Below are positions 1 to 10,684 of a stretch of DNA of 64,000 nucleotides, in pieces. The translations under genes and the position numbers were made by a program. Origin of the DNA: an uncultured Gammaproteobacteria bacterium (lineage in GTDB: Bacteria > Patescibacteriota > Microgenomatia > CAZETR01); assembly GCA_964514545.1 (NCBI GenBank), contig CAZETR010000033.1:1954-65953 (forward strand), written 5' to 3'. The notes under the pieces are model-generated. The model was not told the origin of the DNA and made no database searches. It saw only the letters and a list, made by a program, of their open reading frames with translations. How positions within the stretch are numbered: position 1 is the first letter of the stretch; each line of letters opens with the position of its first letter.

Positions 1-1
1 C

Positions 2-256
2 GAGTTTATAAAACGAGCCCTAACATTCCCAAACCAGTTCGTTATCCAAAAAAAAGTTAGGCAGTTAACCAAAAGGTTCACATTTACCGAAGCTGACGAT
101 CCCAGAACCATCAAAGAGGCGGAGATGTATATGCGTATTTCCCCCTTCTTTACCAAAGACGGGATTGCTACCATCGGTGTAACTGCTCGCGAAACCCCTG
201 CCGTGCACGGAGCCAAAGACGCTATTCAGATACCTGTTGTCTTTGAAAGACAATAA
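2..256 (+). CDS. 3' end of an unidentified CDS (partial, enters from upstream of window)
   Basis: Open frame from position 2 to TAA at 254-256 (…PFFTKDGIATIGVTARETPAVHGAKDAIQIPVVFERQ*); no family recognised. Confidence 0.3.
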   Translation, partial: EFIKRALTFPNQFVIQKKVRQLTKRFTFTEADDPRTIKEAEMYMRISPFFTKDGIATIGVTARETPAVHGAKDAIQIPVVFERQ

Positions 257-794
257 TATGTTAAACACCATAATTCTCATTAGACATGGGGAAACTGAGG
301 CAAATAAAGAAAATCCTTCCCGGGGTCTTACTTCACGCGGTCGTAAGCAGGTCATCAAGACAGCAATTGCTATTCAAAAGTCAATCGTTGGACCCTGCAA
401 GATAATTTCCACATCTACCCAAAGAGCCAGAGAGTCTTCTCGAGTTATCTCAGAAAGACTCAACATCCCGATTGCGGCAGAATTCGAGAATCTAAGAGTA
501 GAAAACATCCAAGAAATTGGGACTAAGAGAAACTATAAGGATCTAACCGCGCTCTACTTCCATCTTTTTTCTGAGAGTAAGCTACCCAAAATCATTCCTA
601 CTCCTCTCGAAATGGCCAAAAGATTTCTGCTTGCCATCAGCTCGTTGGTGGAAAATCCCTTCACCATAATTGTGGTAGGACACAGCGCTGCGCTAGAATC
701 CTTTGCCAACTATCAAACTAAATACTTGCCAACGCAAAAAATTAAAGGAGAACTTAAATACGGCCAGTTCGTTATTCTCAAAAAACGTTTATAA
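237..794 (+). CDS. histidine phosphatase superfamily protein (phosphoglycerate-mutase-like)
   Basis: N-terminal 'LIRHGETEAN' RHG catalytic motif typical of branch-1 histidine phosphatases; alternative start at 258 (MLNTII…). Confidence 0.6.
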   Translation: MSLKDNNMLNTIILIRHGETEANKENPSRGLTSRGRKQVIKTAIAIQKSIVGPCKIISTSTQRARESSRVISERLNIPIAAEFENLRVENIQEIGTKRNYKDLTALYFHLFSESKLPKIIPTPLEMAKRFLLAISSLVENPFTIIVVGHSAALESFANYQTKYLPTQKIKGELKYGQFVILKKRL

Positions 795-801
795 TAAAAT
801 C

Positions 802-2037
802 ATGACAAACACTCAGACACTCAAAGGTTTTCGGGATTTTTTGCCCGAGACCATGGCAATCAGAAATAAAGTAATTAGCACCTTAAAAGGGGTGTTTGAG
901 TCCTATGGCTTCTCCGAAATCCAAACACCGACCCTCGAATACGCCGAAGTGCTTCAGGGGAAATACGGCGAGGAAGCTGAGAAACTCATGTATCTGTTTG
1001 CAGATCCCGGCAAACGCATGGTCGGTCTCAAATATGACCTGACCGTCCCTCTAGCCCGCGTCATGGCCCAATATCCACAACTTCCCTTGCCCTTCAAACG
1101 CTACCAAATTCAGCCAGCCTTCCGAGCCGAAAATACCCAAAAAGGGCGCTACCGGGAATTTTACCAGTGCGATATCGACACAGTCGGAACTACCTCCCCC
1201 ATTGCTGACGCCGAAATATTAGCCGTCATCTCCGACGCGCTAACAGGGCTAAACTTTACTAAGTTCACTATTCGCGTCAACTCCCGCCGGATTCTTTTTA
1301 ATCTCATCGAGAAATCAGGTGTTGCTAAGGAAAAGGCCTCAACTGTAATCCAATCCATTGACAAACTTGACAAGAAAACAAAAGAAGAAGTGGAGAAAGA
1401 ATTATCCGAAAAAGGACTATCTCTATCTCAAATCTCAAATCTTTTTTCGGTCATCGACTCAACGCGACCCGATAGCGCTCTGCAAAACACTATCAACGTC
1501 GCTAGCAAAATGGGCGCTAAAAATATCCAGTTTAGTCCATCCCTCGCCCGGGGATTGAACTACTACACCGGGGCAATATTTGAAACTGTAGTTTCCCAAC
1601 CCAAAATCGGCTCTATCACCGGCGGAGGCAGGTACGACAACCTTATTCAACAGCTCGGCGGACCGGATCTGCCCGCAGTCGGCACCACTATTGGCCTGGA
1701 CCGAATTTGCGATGTGATCGAAGAGTTAAAACTCTGGCCAGACTTACCCGCTTCGCCCGCCAAGGTTTTAGTCACAATTTTCTCGCCGGAATTACTTGAC
1801 AAGTCTCTATCGCTATCTCTTTCTCTCCGTTCTAGTGACATTCCTACCGAACTCTTCCCGGAACCAAATGTCAAGCTCGACAAGCAGCTCAAATACGCCT
1901 CGCAAAAAGGTATTCCCTTCGTTGCCATTCTGGGACCGGAAGAGGCAGTCAAGGATTCAGTGACTCTAAAAAACATGCAGACCGGGGAACAAAAACAAAT
2001 TCGCGCTAAAGAATTGAACAAACAAACCCTCTCTTAA
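802..2037 (+). CDS. hisS: histidyl-tRNA synthetase
   Basis: Class II aaRS motifs (…FRDFLP…, …QCDID…, GGGRYD) and C-terminal anticodon-binding domain; ORF-track start 703 is an in-frame upstream extension, MTNTQTLKGFRDFLP at 802 is the likely start. Confidence 0.9.
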   Translation: MTNTQTLKGFRDFLPETMAIRNKVISTLKGVFESYGFSEIQTPTLEYAEVLQGKYGEEAEKLMYLFADPGKRMVGLKYDLTVPLARVMAQYPQLPLPFKRYQIQPAFRAENTQKGRYREFYQCDIDTVGTTSPIADAEILAVISDALTGLNFTKFTIRVNSRRILFNLIEKSGVAKEKASTVIQSIDKLDKKTKEEVEKELSEKGLSLSQISNLFSVIDSTRPDSALQNTINVASKMGAKNIQFSPSLARGLNYYTGAIFETVVSQPKIGSITGGGRYDNLIQQLGGPDLPAVGTTIGLDRICDVIEELKLWPDLPASPAKVLVTIFSPELLDKSLSLSLSLRSSDIPTELFPEPNVKLDKQLKYASQKGIPFVAILGPEEAVKDSVTLKNMQTGEQKQIRAKELNKQTLS

Positions 2038-2050
2038 CCTCTTCGTCGAT

Positions 2051-2080
2051 TGTATATCATATACTAATATATGATATACA
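2051..2080. repeat. 30-bp perfect palindrome TGTATATCATATA-CTAA-TATATGATATACA (copy 1 of 4)
   Basis: 13-bp inverted arms with 4-bp spacer read directly; lies in convergent gap between hisS and ORF 2103-2774. Confidence 0.9.
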
Positions 2081-2102
2081 GGTCCGCAGATTTCTGTCTG
2101 CT

Positions 2103-2774
2103 TTACTTCAATAAATCTCCATCATCAACACCGCCACGATTTCCCACAACAGGCCGAGTCGCCCGGGTAAAGGCGGCTACAATTTTCTCGAAAGACATAC
2201 AATCAGCCGCTGCCTCGAGAACTGCCTGCCACCTTGAGACGTCGTGCTCGGAATATTCGTCCGGCAACGGATATCTGATCTCAAGCCTGACACTACGTCC
2301 CATTCGGCTCTTACCCCTTTTCCTTTTATTAGCAATCGTAATCCCCGCATACTCAATCGATACACTCCAAAAATCTTCGATTGTCGTGTATTTGTAAATA
2401 AGAACCTGAAGCCCTCCATACCACACCGCCGCCTTAACTTGCTCCGGGGATAGTCGACCCATATTTTCAATGTCAGCAACAACCCTAAACTGGCCATCTG
2501 CCAGCTCCCAATAAACGGCACTTCTTCCTTTCATCTGTTCAACATTCTGACCAATAAAGAACAACGACGCGGGTAAATCGGTCACAAATCCTCTAACGCC
2601 AAATTCAGCATCTGGCATATCCCAACTTTCATGCGTAAGTCTTAACCGCTCAAGGTATTCCTCAATCATTAGGCTGAATTCCGGATCAAACTCGACCTCC
2701 CGATGAGATCTGTCTGCAAATGAACCTCCATGTCCAACACTACCTCCTGCTTCGACTCCTCCACTTATCGCCAT
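2103..2774 (-). CDS. hypothetical protein (223 aa), no recognisable domain
   Basis: Long ORF, locally elevated GC, immediately adjacent to palindrome copy 1. Confidence 0.4.
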   Translation of the reverse strand: MAISGGVEAGGSVGHGGSFADRSHREVEFDPEFSLMIEEYLERLRLTHESWDMPDAEFGVRGFVTDLPASLFFIGQNVEQMKGRSAVYWELADGQFRVVADIENMGRLSPEQVKAAVWYGGLQVLIYKYTTIEDFWSVSIEYAGITIANKRKRGKSRMGRSVRLEIRYPLPDEYSEHDVSRWQAVLEAAADCMSFEKIVAAFTRATRPVVGNRGGVDDGDLLK

Positions 2775-2859
2775 ATGTTTATATTTGGCCGATATTATGC
2801 CCAGATGGACATTGTGTCAAGCACCAGAAAAATACCCATGAGTAGTGTAAGCTAAAAGT

Positions 2860-3783
2860 GTGTCTCCCCGCACCAAGTCTTATCTTATGCTCCTGGTTGT
2901 AGCGGCAATTTGGGGAATTGCCGGGCCGGTAATTAAATACACCCTGCAGTTTCTTTCTCCGGCCACCTTTCTCACCTACCGCTATCTTTTAACCAGCGCG
3001 GCTCTCATTCCGATTCTTCTCGAGAGCCATCCCCGAATAATCCAAACCATAAAAAGGTTCACAAAAACTGAACGGTTGACCATAATTTTTCTAGGGCTAA
3101 TAGGATCTATAGGTCAAATTGGGCTTATTTTTTGGGGGTTTAGTCTGACTTCGTCCCTTGATGGAACTCTAATCGCCGCCACTTCTCCGATCCTTGTCGC
3201 CATTGCCGGACATTTCATGTTGAAAGACCACGTGACACTACGGGAAAAAATGGGACTGGTAATTGCCACACTCGGAACAGTGGTTGTTGTTATCCAACCG
3301 CTCATCCAATCCGGCAAGTTGTTCAGCGGTAGTTTCCTCGGTAATTTGCTCATCCTGGGAGGAAATCTCTGCTGGACAATAGAAGTCATCCTTTCCAAAA
3401 AGTTCCTCCGTCGTGATATCTCTCCGCTTTTCCTCACCACTTCGTCGTTTGCAATCGGCCTAATCGCTCTGTCAATCTTCGCAATTCTCCACCCCTCCTC
3501 TTCCTCCATTCTAAATCAAGTTCTTGCTATTCCTTTCTCGGCGCATCTGGCCGTTTGGTATATGGCCTTCTTTTCAGGCGCCCTAGCTTACCTTCTTTAC
3601 CAAACCGCCCAAAAATCCATCGAGACCTCGGAAGCTGACCTGTTTAACTATTTAGCTCCTGTTTTTGCCATTCCCCTCTCCTACCTCTGGCTCAAAGAGC
3701 CAATTACGAGCACTTTTGCAATCGGGGCAGTTGCAATCGCTCTCGGAGTCGCTAGCGCAGAATTTAAGAAACAGAGAGTTTAG
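2860..3783 (+). CDS. DMT/EamA-family transporter (10-TM)
   Basis: Two repeated 5-TM halves, hydrophobic profile and EamA-like composition. Confidence 0.65.
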   Translation: MSPRTKSYLMLLVVAAIWGIAGPVIKYTLQFLSPATFLTYRYLLTSAALIPILLESHPRIIQTIKRFTKTERLTIIFLGLIGSIGQIGLIFWGFSLTSSLDGTLIAATSPILVAIAGHFMLKDHVTLREKMGLVIATLGTVVVVIQPLIQSGKLFSGSFLGNLLILGGNLCWTIEVILSKKFLRRDISPLFLTTSSFAIGLIALSIFAILHPSSSSILNQVLAIPFSAHLAVWYMAFFSGALAYLLYQTAQKSIETSEADLFNYLAPVFAIPLSYLWLKEPITSTFAIGAVAIALGVASAEFKKQRV

Positions 3784-4675
3784 TTGCCGTCTCCTGAAGT
3801 ACATCCTCCAAACCACCTTCTAAAATTCGATCAAGCTTGTGCCAACTCACACCAATCCTGTGATCCGTCAACCTGTTCTGGGGAAAATTATAAGTCCGGA
3901 TCTTCTCAGCTCTCATGCTCCTGCCGATCTTGGATCGTTGATCCTTGATGTTTGATAATTTCTTTTCCTGTTCGATTTCCCAAAGCTGGCTGCGAAGTAG
4001 ATCGAGAGCAATCTTGCGATTCTGCTCCTGGGAGCGCTCCATGCGACATGAAATTACAATTCCAGTCGGTTTATGTCTTAATCTCACGGCCGTTGAGACC
4101 TTGTTTACATTCTGACCGCCATGTCCTCCGGCCCGAGAGAATTCCCACTCCAACTCGTCAGGTCTAATCGCGATTTCGGTCTCCGGCACCTCCGGCAAAA
4201 CCACCACCGAAGCCGTGGAAGTGTGGATTCTGCCCTGTGCTTCTGTTTCCGGAACTCTCTGAACCCGATGCACCCCAGTCTCGAATTGCAACAAATCAAA
4301 TGTGCCCTTGCCTGATACTCGAATTACTCCCTCACCAATCTCGCTCACCTTAAATCCCGAAATATTGGCAAACCTGGTATACATCCGGAGTAAATCCTCC
4401 GCCCATATTTTCCCCTCGTCTCCACCCACCGCCCCCCTAACCTCAATTATCGCCGTATTAAATCTCTCCGTACTTTCCAGCTGGTCTGCGCCTGAAGTGG
4501 TCTGGCTAAGCTTCGATATCGCCTCAATCAAGCTACTTTTCTGTGCGTTAAGTTTCACCAAGTCCTCGGCCGCCATCGCGGACAGAGACAAGTCAGTTAA
4601 AAGTTGATTTGTTTGCATGATCTCTTCCTCAAGCCGAGCCAACTCCCCTTCTAGATATTTCTTCGTCTCATCCAT
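3764..4675 (-). CDS. prfA: peptide chain release factor 1
   Basis: GGQ motif ([11 protein letters not shown]), RF1-type tripeptide region '[17 protein letters not shown]' (PxT-like, not SPF). Confidence 0.8.
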   Translation of the reverse strand: MDETKKYLEGELARLEEEIMQTNQLLTDLSLSAMAAEDLVKLNAQKSSLIEAISKLSQTTSGADQLESTERFNTAIIEVRGAVGGDEGKIWAEDLLRMYTRFANISGFKVSEIGEGVIRVSGKGTFDLLQFETGVHRVQRVPETEAQGRIHTSTASVVVLPEVPETEIAIRPDELEWEFSRAGGHGGQNVNKVSTAVRLRHKPTGIVISCRMERSQEQNRKIALDLLRSQLWEIEQEKKLSNIKDQRSKIGRSMRAEKIRTYNFPQNRLTDHRIGVSWHKLDRILEGGLEDVLQETATKLSVS

Positions 4676-4698
4676 AAATCCTGGCTTACCTTAATCGC

Positions 4699-5058
4699 TT
4701 AGTTAACTTGTTTATCTTGTTTAACTTCGGCCTTTTCTTCCTTCTTCACCCTTTCAATCATCTCCCGCAAAGTCTTGGGCTTGGCTGCCTCAATTGCCTC
4801 CTCCCGCTGTTTCTTAATCAGTTTCTTCATTTTTTTCTTTACAATCACCCGTCCCACAGCGGCTCTCTGCTTTTGGGCAAATTTCTCGACCCTTCCCAAG
4901 GTGTCCACAAACCTCATCTCGCCGGTAAAAAACGGATGACAAGCCGCGCATATCTCCACCTTGATCTCGGGTTTAGTCGAGCCCGTGACAAATGTGTTCC
5001 CGCAAGCACAAGTGACAGTCGCCTGATAATATTGAGGGTGAATTCCTGTCTTCATCAT
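4699..5058 (-). CDS. rpmE: 50S ribosomal protein L31 with Lys-rich C-terminal extension
   Basis: [10 protein letters not shown]…CxCG…CxxCHPFFTG zinc-ribbon signature. Confidence 0.8.
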   Translation of the reverse strand: MMKTGIHPQYYQATVTCACGNTFVTGSTKPEIKVEICAACHPFFTGEMRFVDTLGRVEKFAQKQRAAVGRVIVKKKMKKLIKKQREEAIEAAKPKTLREMIERVKKEEKAEVKQDKQVN

Positions 5059-5734
5059 GCCAATTGTACCAAAAACAAAACCTGATCACCAGCAGTGGAT
5101 CACTCTAGCAACTTGTTTCGCTGTTTTTCTAACCAGCAACTGGTTTCGGGTCGTACTGAATTTCCACCCCGAACTCACATTTTTTCTCCTGGGGCTAAAC
5201 CTATTTTTTTCGTGGATTCTTACTCGGAGTAGTGTAAGAAAGAGAACTGTTCTGGCCTCAATTGCTCTATTTTCCCTCCTGTGCCTATTTTTGATCATAA
5301 AATTTCCCGACTCCACCCTGTGGCAGCAAACTCCAGAAGAGACCCAACTCATTAACCAAAGACGATCATTCTATCCAACTCAAATCGGAAAAATTTACCA
5401 GAACAAAGCTTCGCTAATCACTTTTAAGCTGGAACGAAACCTCTTTAACTCGCTGGACACTAACCTCTACTTCTTCGCCGGTCACCCCCGGGAAAGACTA
5501 GGAATAGCGGAGTTTGAAAAATTCTCTTTTGTGCTTTTGCCATTCTTTGTACTCGGGCTAATTAAAATCATAAATACAAAACCTTCTCAGTTACTCGTCC
5601 TTGTCTTCGTTGCCGCTATCAGTTCAAGCCTACTTGACCCGGCTGCAAAATCCGGACCGCTCCCATTTTTTCCGGTAATAAGTTCCATTATCTCGATCGG
5701 GTTTGCTAGGGTCTTTAAGGTTGACCAACTATGA
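5057..5734 (+). CDS. hypothetical multi-pass membrane protein
   Basis: Hydrophobic segments; translationally coupled (4-nt overlap) to downstream GT-C glycosyltransferase. Confidence 0.4.
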   Translation: MPIVPKTKPDHQQWITLATCFAVFLTSNWFRVVLNFHPELTFFLLGLNLFFSWILTRSSVRKRTVLASIALFSLLCLFLIIKFPDSTLWQQTPEETQLINQRRSFYPTQIGKIYQNKASLITFKLERNLFNSLDTNLYFFAGHPRERLGIAEFEKFSFVLLPFFVLGLIKIINTKPSQLLVLVFVAAISSSLLDPAAKSGPLPFFPVISSIISIGFARVFKVDQL

Positions 5735-7395
5735 CCTTACTCCAAAAAACCATCATCGCTTTAATTTTGCTCCTTGCCGCGTTTATCAGGCTTGTAAATC
5801 TAAACCAGGTTCCACCGGGAGTTTACGCCGATACCGCAGCCCACGGCTACAACGCCTACTCCCTACTCAAAACAGGCAGGGACGAATACGGGAAACGTTT
5901 TCCTGTTTTCCTGCGCAGTTTTGGAACGTATTCTTCGCCGCTCTACGCGTATCTAACTGTAATCCCTGTAGCCATTTTTGGTCTTAACGCTTTTTCGACC
6001 AACCTGGTTTCCGCTCTCTCGGGTACACTGCTTTGCCTGATCACGTTTCTCATTCTCTACAACCCAGAGCAAAGCCAGTCTTTCCTAAAATCCACTCTAG
6101 CCACTCTGGTAATTGCACTCTCGCCTTGGTCAATTTTTGCCAGTCGCGGAGCATTCGAACCGAACTTGGGACTCTTTCTGCTATCAGTTGTAATCTTATG
6201 GCTTAAAAAAGCCGTCAACTCCCAACATTGGCTGATGTCAGCTGCGGCTATCGCGGGAGTATCCGGATACGCCTACCACGCGCAGCGCATTGTGTCTCCG
6301 CTTTTACTTTTTGTCTTTGTTATCACCCAAAGGTCCCTTCTTAGAAAGAAAAAGTCAATCGTTTTTCTATCGCTGCTTATCCTCATAATTATCCAGCTTC
6401 CCCAGCTCCTGCTTTCAAATACCAAAGGCGCCAACGTCAGACTAAGAGGCCAAAGTTATGCGGGGAAGATTCTCACCTCAACTTACAACCAAAACCCAAT
6501 TATCAATCTCTCGCTTCGAGGGTACGTTCTAGCGCGGGAATTTACCAGTCAGTACACGGCCTACTTGTCGCCGCGTAATCTATTCTTTGATCCGGACCCA
6601 GACAGACAAAGGTCAATCCCTGAACTAAGTGTGTTTTATCCGTGGATGATAATTTTTCTCTTTCTTGGCTTCAAAAGGTTTGGCGAATCCCGAGACGCAA
6701 CAAGAAACATCCTCGTAATTACTCTTTTGCTGGGACCCATAGCCGGGTCGCTAGTCTCCGACCCATTCTCAACTCTACGCGCACTCCCGGTTTTTTGGAT
6801 TATCTCTATTGCCATCTCTCTGGGTATTTGGGATCTTTTAACTAAACTCAAACTCGTTCCGGCAATTGTGTCCGGATGCGCACTTTTAATTATCTCAGCC
6901 AGTTCTATTTACAGCCATTATTTCGTGCTCCTGCCCAGTGAGCGGGCTATTGACTGGGGTTACGGTTATCAACTGCTTGCCCGGGAAATTAAAAGCCGGG
7001 CAAACACGAAGTTTGTTATCGACACATCTCGCGGCCAGCCTCCCCATATGCTCCTGGCCTTTTATCTACGTTACGATCCGCTAAAAATGCAGGCCGATTA
7101 CGGACCGAGGGTGCTAGATAATTACTACAACCGGGTTGACTTTGATCGCCATTACATTTTAGGCAATATCGAAACACGACCAATCAATTGGGAAAAGGAC
7201 ATATACACAGAACAAGTATTGGTAGGCGACAAACTGGCTATCTCACCAACTCAAGCCACTGAACATAAACTAACAAAAATCCTCGAGTTCAAAGATAAAA
7301 CCGGAGAAACACTACTGGTTGGGTACGAGACAAACCCCGGAGAAAAGTGCAAACTTCCTACAAGCGAACCGCAGTGCCGGGTTTATTCTTACTGA
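5731..7395 (+). CDS. GT-C fold glycosyltransferase (PMT/ArnT-like, family 39/83) membrane protein
   Basis: N-terminal 'LVNLNQVPPGVYADTAAHGYNAYSLLKTGRDEYG' loop-1 motif typical of PMT_2/ArnT enzymes, 10+ TM helices, soluble C-terminal domain. Confidence 0.65.
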   Translation: MTLLQKTIIALILLLAAFIRLVNLNQVPPGVYADTAAHGYNAYSLLKTGRDEYGKRFPVFLRSFGTYSSPLYAYLTVIPVAIFGLNAFSTNLVSALSGTLLCLITFLILYNPEQSQSFLKSTLATLVIALSPWSIFASRGAFEPNLGLFLLSVVILWLKKAVNSQHWLMSAAAIAGVSGYAYHAQRIVSPLLLFVFVITQRSLLRKKKSIVFLSLLILIIIQLPQLLLSNTKGANVRLRGQSYAGKILTSTYNQNPIINLSLRGYVLAREFTSQYTAYLSPRNLFFDPDPDRQRSIPELSVFYPWMIIFLFLGFKRFGESRDATRNILVITLLLGPIAGSLVSDPFSTLRALPVFWIISIAISLGIWDLLTKLKLVPAIVSGCALLIISASSIYSHYFVLLPSERAIDWGYGYQLLAREIKSRANTKFVIDTSRGQPPHMLLAFYLRYDPLKMQADYGPRVLDNYYNRVDFDRHYILGNIETRPINWEKDIYTEQVLVGDKLAISPTQATEHKLTKILEFKDKTGETLLVGYETNPGEKCKLPTSEPQCRVYSY

Positions 7396-8570
7396 GCCTC
7401 CTCCAAAAGAGCCGAAACCGTTTTTCCAATCCCATCCCGCCAGACTTCTAAATTGATCTTGTCTCCCACTTTATGACCTGAAATTATCTTGGCCAAGCTA
7501 CTCTCATCGTCACCGACGCGAGTTCCATCAATCTTGATAATTATATCCCCTTCTGCAATTCCCGCTTTATCGGCCGGCGAACCCGAGACAACCTCCTGCA
7601 CAAATGCCCCCTGTGGAATCTCGTTTAAAATCGCGGTCTTGCGGTCGACAATCCGATACTTAACTCCCAAAAAGGGGCGGGAGAACTTACCCGTATTATT
7701 AAAATTTGCGATCGATTCGCGAACTAAGTTGATCGGCAGAGCAAAACCTACATTCTGGGCCTGGGAAGCAACTGCTGCGTTGACACCAATCACCTCGCCG
7801 GAACTATTTAAAAGCGGCCCCCCGCTATTTCCCGGGTTAATCGCGGCGTCGGTCTGGATCACATTATCCAGCCTCTCAGCGTCGCCAAACGGATCACCAG
7901 CAGTAATTCCCCGCCCGAGACCGGAGATAACTCCGGTAGTCACGGTGTTTCTAAACTCTCCCAGCGCGGTCCCTATTGCCACGACAAATTGACCCACTTT
8001 AAGCTTACTCGAATCTCCCAGGACAACGGGTTTTAACCCCATCGCGTTAATCTTGATAATTGCCAGGTCGTTTGCCGGATCCCGGTAAATCTTCTGCACC
8101 TCAAATGCCTTGTCGCCACTTAGAAACACTTGATACTTAGAGCTTGTATCCGAAACTACGTGTTTGTTCGTCACAATCAGTCCGTCTGCGCTCACAATAA
8201 ACCCAGTACCTATATCCTGCTCCATCTTTTGGTCCTGACCACGACTAGGCATCCGCGGCACCCCAAAGAAATCGCTAAACGGATCAGAACCGCCAAACAA
8301 ATCGGTGGCTCTTTGAGTTCTCTTAATTCCTACAGTGACAACAGACGGTGACGCTTTATCGACAACGTCTATGACGACAGACTCCTCTGAAAGTACCCTC
8401 CTCGTCTCTCCGGGGAGCGCAGTCTGAGCTACTTTTCTCGGAAACCATCTGTCCAGGAGTCTGTACCCCAGTACCCGGTCACCTATAGCCCCACCCAGAA
8501 TAGCTCCTGCCAGAACCACAACGCCGGAGACCCAAATCAAAATATTCTTTCGCTGGAACTTTATATCCAT
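7389..8570 (-). CDS. HtrA/DegP-family serine protease with PDZ domain
   Basis: Trypsin-like catalytic region 'GNSGGPLLNSSGEVIGVN', N-terminal TM, C-terminal PDZ. Confidence 0.8.
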   Translation of the reverse strand: MDIKFQRKNILIWVSGVVVLAGAILGGAIGDRVLGYRLLDRWFPRKVAQTALPGETRRVLSEESVVIDVVDKASPSVVTVGIKRTQRATDLFGGSDPFSDFFGVPRMPSRGQDQKMEQDIGTGFIVSADGLIVTNKHVVSDTSSKYQVFLSGDKAFEVQKIYRDPANDLAIIKINAMGLKPVVLGDSSKLKVGQFVVAIGTALGEFRNTVTTGVISGLGRGITAGDPFGDAERLDNVIQTDAAINPGNSGGPLLNSSGEVIGVNAAVASQAQNVGFALPINLVRESIANFNNTGKFSRPFLGVKYRIVDRKTAILNEIPQGAFVQEVVSGSPADKAGIAEGDIIIKIDGTRVGDDESSLAKIISGHKVGDKINLEVWRDGIGKTVSALLEEAQ

Positions 8571-8572
8571 AC

Positions 8573-9796
8573 TTAACCGGGAAATAATTCTATCGCTTTG
8601 TCCAGTTGTAAATCAACCTTCACGTCTTTGCTGCTTTGAACTGTAACATCAGGCTCAACTCCAACCTTATCAATCCACTTCCCCGAAGGCAAAAGCCACC
8701 TGGCAATCGTTACGTGCAATCCCGACCCTCCGGGCAAATCCTCCGGCTGTTGAACGGTTCCTTTCCCAAACGTCTTGACTCCCACAAGTTGGGCCCTGTG
8801 ATTATCCCGTAGTGCTCCAGCTAAAATCTCGGCCGCTGAAGCACTGCCCTCGTTTACCAACACTACCAGGGGTTCGCTTAAAAGCCTCCCTTTTCGATTA
8901 ACCTCTAAAGTCTTATTCTCCTCACTGTTGCGATTCTCTTGCTTAACCACGATGCCTGATCCCAGAAACTCCGATGCCATGTAGACCGCTCCATCGAGGT
9001 AACCACCGGGGTTATTGCGCAAATCCAAAACAACCGGCATCGTCCCCCCCAAAGAAAGTTCCTCCTGCTTTATCTGATCTACAGCCTTATTCCATTCCTC
9101 ATCTGTCCTTCCGCCAAATTTTGTTAGCTTAAATACTGCCACTCGTCCACCACCCTGCCGTGGCTTAAACGTCAATTCCACACTCTTGACCAGAATTGTA
9201 TCCCGCCTGAGAGCAACTTCTCTGGGTTTTTCCTCCTCACTTCTAAAGATCTTGAGCACCACTTCACTTCCCTTGGGACCCCGAATGAGTGAAACTGCTT
9301 CCGGAAGAGAAATTGTGTCTGTGCTTTTATCCACTCCTGCTTTCTCATCGCGAATGTTAATGATCAGATCTCCAGACTTAATCCCCGCCCTATCCGCCGG
9401 CGAGCCGCTCAATGGAGAAATAACGGCCAATTGTTTGTCTTTATAGCCCAACTGAATCCCCACTCCTTCAAACGACCCTCCTAAGTCGTCCTTTGACTGA
9501 CGATTTTCCTGGGGTGGCAAAAAAACAGTGTAGGGATCGCCAAGTGACGAGACCATCCCGGAAATCGCCCCGTATACCATTTTTGCCGGATCAATGGCTT
9601 TGGGGTCGACATAAATAGCGCTCACCCTATCCCAAACTTTCCAAAAAAGAGACAGGTCTGCTTCATTTCGCCTCCCCACCTCTCGTCGTCCTAATCCGGA
9701 TCGCGCCTGTCCCAACCCAAATCCGACCAAAAATAACATTACTGCTATCGAAAATCTAATCAAACTCCTCGAAGTAGGTAACTTATTAAATCGCAT
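8573..9796 (-). CDS. C-terminal processing peptidase (S41, CtpA-like) with PDZ domain
   Basis: PDZ followed by S41 core '…VVLVNEGSASAAEILAGAL…'. Confidence 0.8.
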   Translation of the reverse strand: MRFNKLPTSRSLIRFSIAVMLFLVGFGLGQARSGLGRREVGRRNEADLSLFWKVWDRVSAIYVDPKAIDPAKMVYGAISGMVSSLGDPYTVFLPPQENRQSKDDLGGSFEGVGIQLGYKDKQLAVISPLSGSPADRAGIKSGDLIINIRDEKAGVDKSTDTISLPEAVSLIRGPKGSEVVLKIFRSEEEKPREVALRRDTILVKSVELTFKPRQGGGRVAVFKLTKFGGRTDEEWNKAVDQIKQEELSLGGTMPVVLDLRNNPGGYLDGAVYMASEFLGSGIVVKQENRNSEENKTLEVNRKGRLLSEPLVVLVNEGSASAAEILAGALRDNHRAQLVGVKTFGKGTVQQPEDLPGGSGLHVTIARWLLPSGKWIDKVGVEPDVTVQSSKDVKVDLQLDKAIELFPG

Positions 9797-9841
9797 GTCT
9801 TAAAGCATACCGCACCCAACCCAACCTGTCACGAAGAAAAA

Positions 9842-10081
9842 CTACACACCGCTGACAAAAGGCAACATCGCGAGATGCCTAGCTCTCTTGATAGCCACAG
9901 CCACACGCCTCTGGTGTTTGGAACACACGCCGCTTAGATCCCCGCCCAATATTTTGGCCCGCTCGGAAATCAGCCTTCCCAAAACATCAGTATCTTTATA
10001 GCTAGGCACAGTTCCACTGTCGCAGTATGTACACTTGCGGTTTCTAACCAGTATCCTTTTTTTCTTTTTTTGTGGAATCAT
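9842..10081 (-). CDS. rpsR: 30S ribosomal protein S18
   Basis: …CTYC…KDTDVLGRLISERAKI…HLAMLPF signature; part of rpsF-ssb-rpsR operon. Confidence 0.9.
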   Translation of the reverse strand: MIPQKKKKRILVRNRKCTYCDSGTVPSYKDTDVLGRLISERAKILGGDLSGVCSKHQRRVAVAIKRARHLAMLPFVSGV

Positions 10082-10111
10082 GTTTGCCTTTTGAATATTG
10101 AGTTTTGAGTT

Positions 10112-10684
10112 TTAGAACGGGATATCCTCCGGCTCAACCCCTTGGCTATCTCCAACCGGAGCCACAACTTCCTCCTCGGCCTTTGCCTTCACAGCCCGAG
10201 ACTTCTTAGCTTTAACTACAGGTGCCGCTTCAACTTGGGCCTCTTCAACTGCAGGAGCTACTACTTCGGCAACTGATGGGGCAATCGGAGCCATTTGAGC
10301 CGATCCCCCTTCGTCCGCAACATACCCACCTCCCGCGTCTTCCGCCCGTTTGTTGTCCAGAATCACCATATCGTCTATCACGATCTCCGTTGCCTGGCGT
10401 TGAGCTCCATCCGTACCAGTCCAGCTTCTGGTCGAAAGTCTTCCCTCGACATATACCCTTCTTCCTTTAAACAGAAGCTGGGAACACAGCTCGGCTAGCT
10501 TATTCCAGGCAACGATCCGGTGAAATTCAGTTTCCTCCCTCTTTTCACCTGAATCAGTGGTCCATGACCTATTAGTAGCCAACCCCATAGTACAAACGGC
10601 CGTTCCCTGGGGCGTGTATCTAAGCTCGGGGTCCCGAGTCAGATTACCAATGAGCATTACTTTGTTTAGCGATCTACTTGACAT
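10112..10684 (-). CDS. ssb: single-stranded DNA-binding protein
   Basis: OB-fold N-terminus (NKVMLIGNLTRDPELRYTPQG), Gly/Ala-rich linker and C-terminal acidic tail ending DIPF. Confidence 0.9.
   Translation of the reverse strand: MSSRSLNKVMLIGNLTRDPELRYTPQGTAVCTMGLATNRSWTTDSGEKREETEFHRIVAWNKLAELCSQLLFKGRRVYVEGRLSTRSWTGTDGAQRQATEIVIDDMVILDNKRAEDAGGGYVADEGGSAQMAPIAPSVAEVVAPAVEEAQVEAAPVVKAKKSRAVKAKAEEEVVAPVGDSQGVEPEDIPF

Noticed and set aside
703-801. Upstream in-frame extension of hisS given by the ORF track
   Set aside because: Overlaps the preceding gene and lacks HisRS homology; conserved N-terminus starts at MTNTQTLKGFRDFLP (802).
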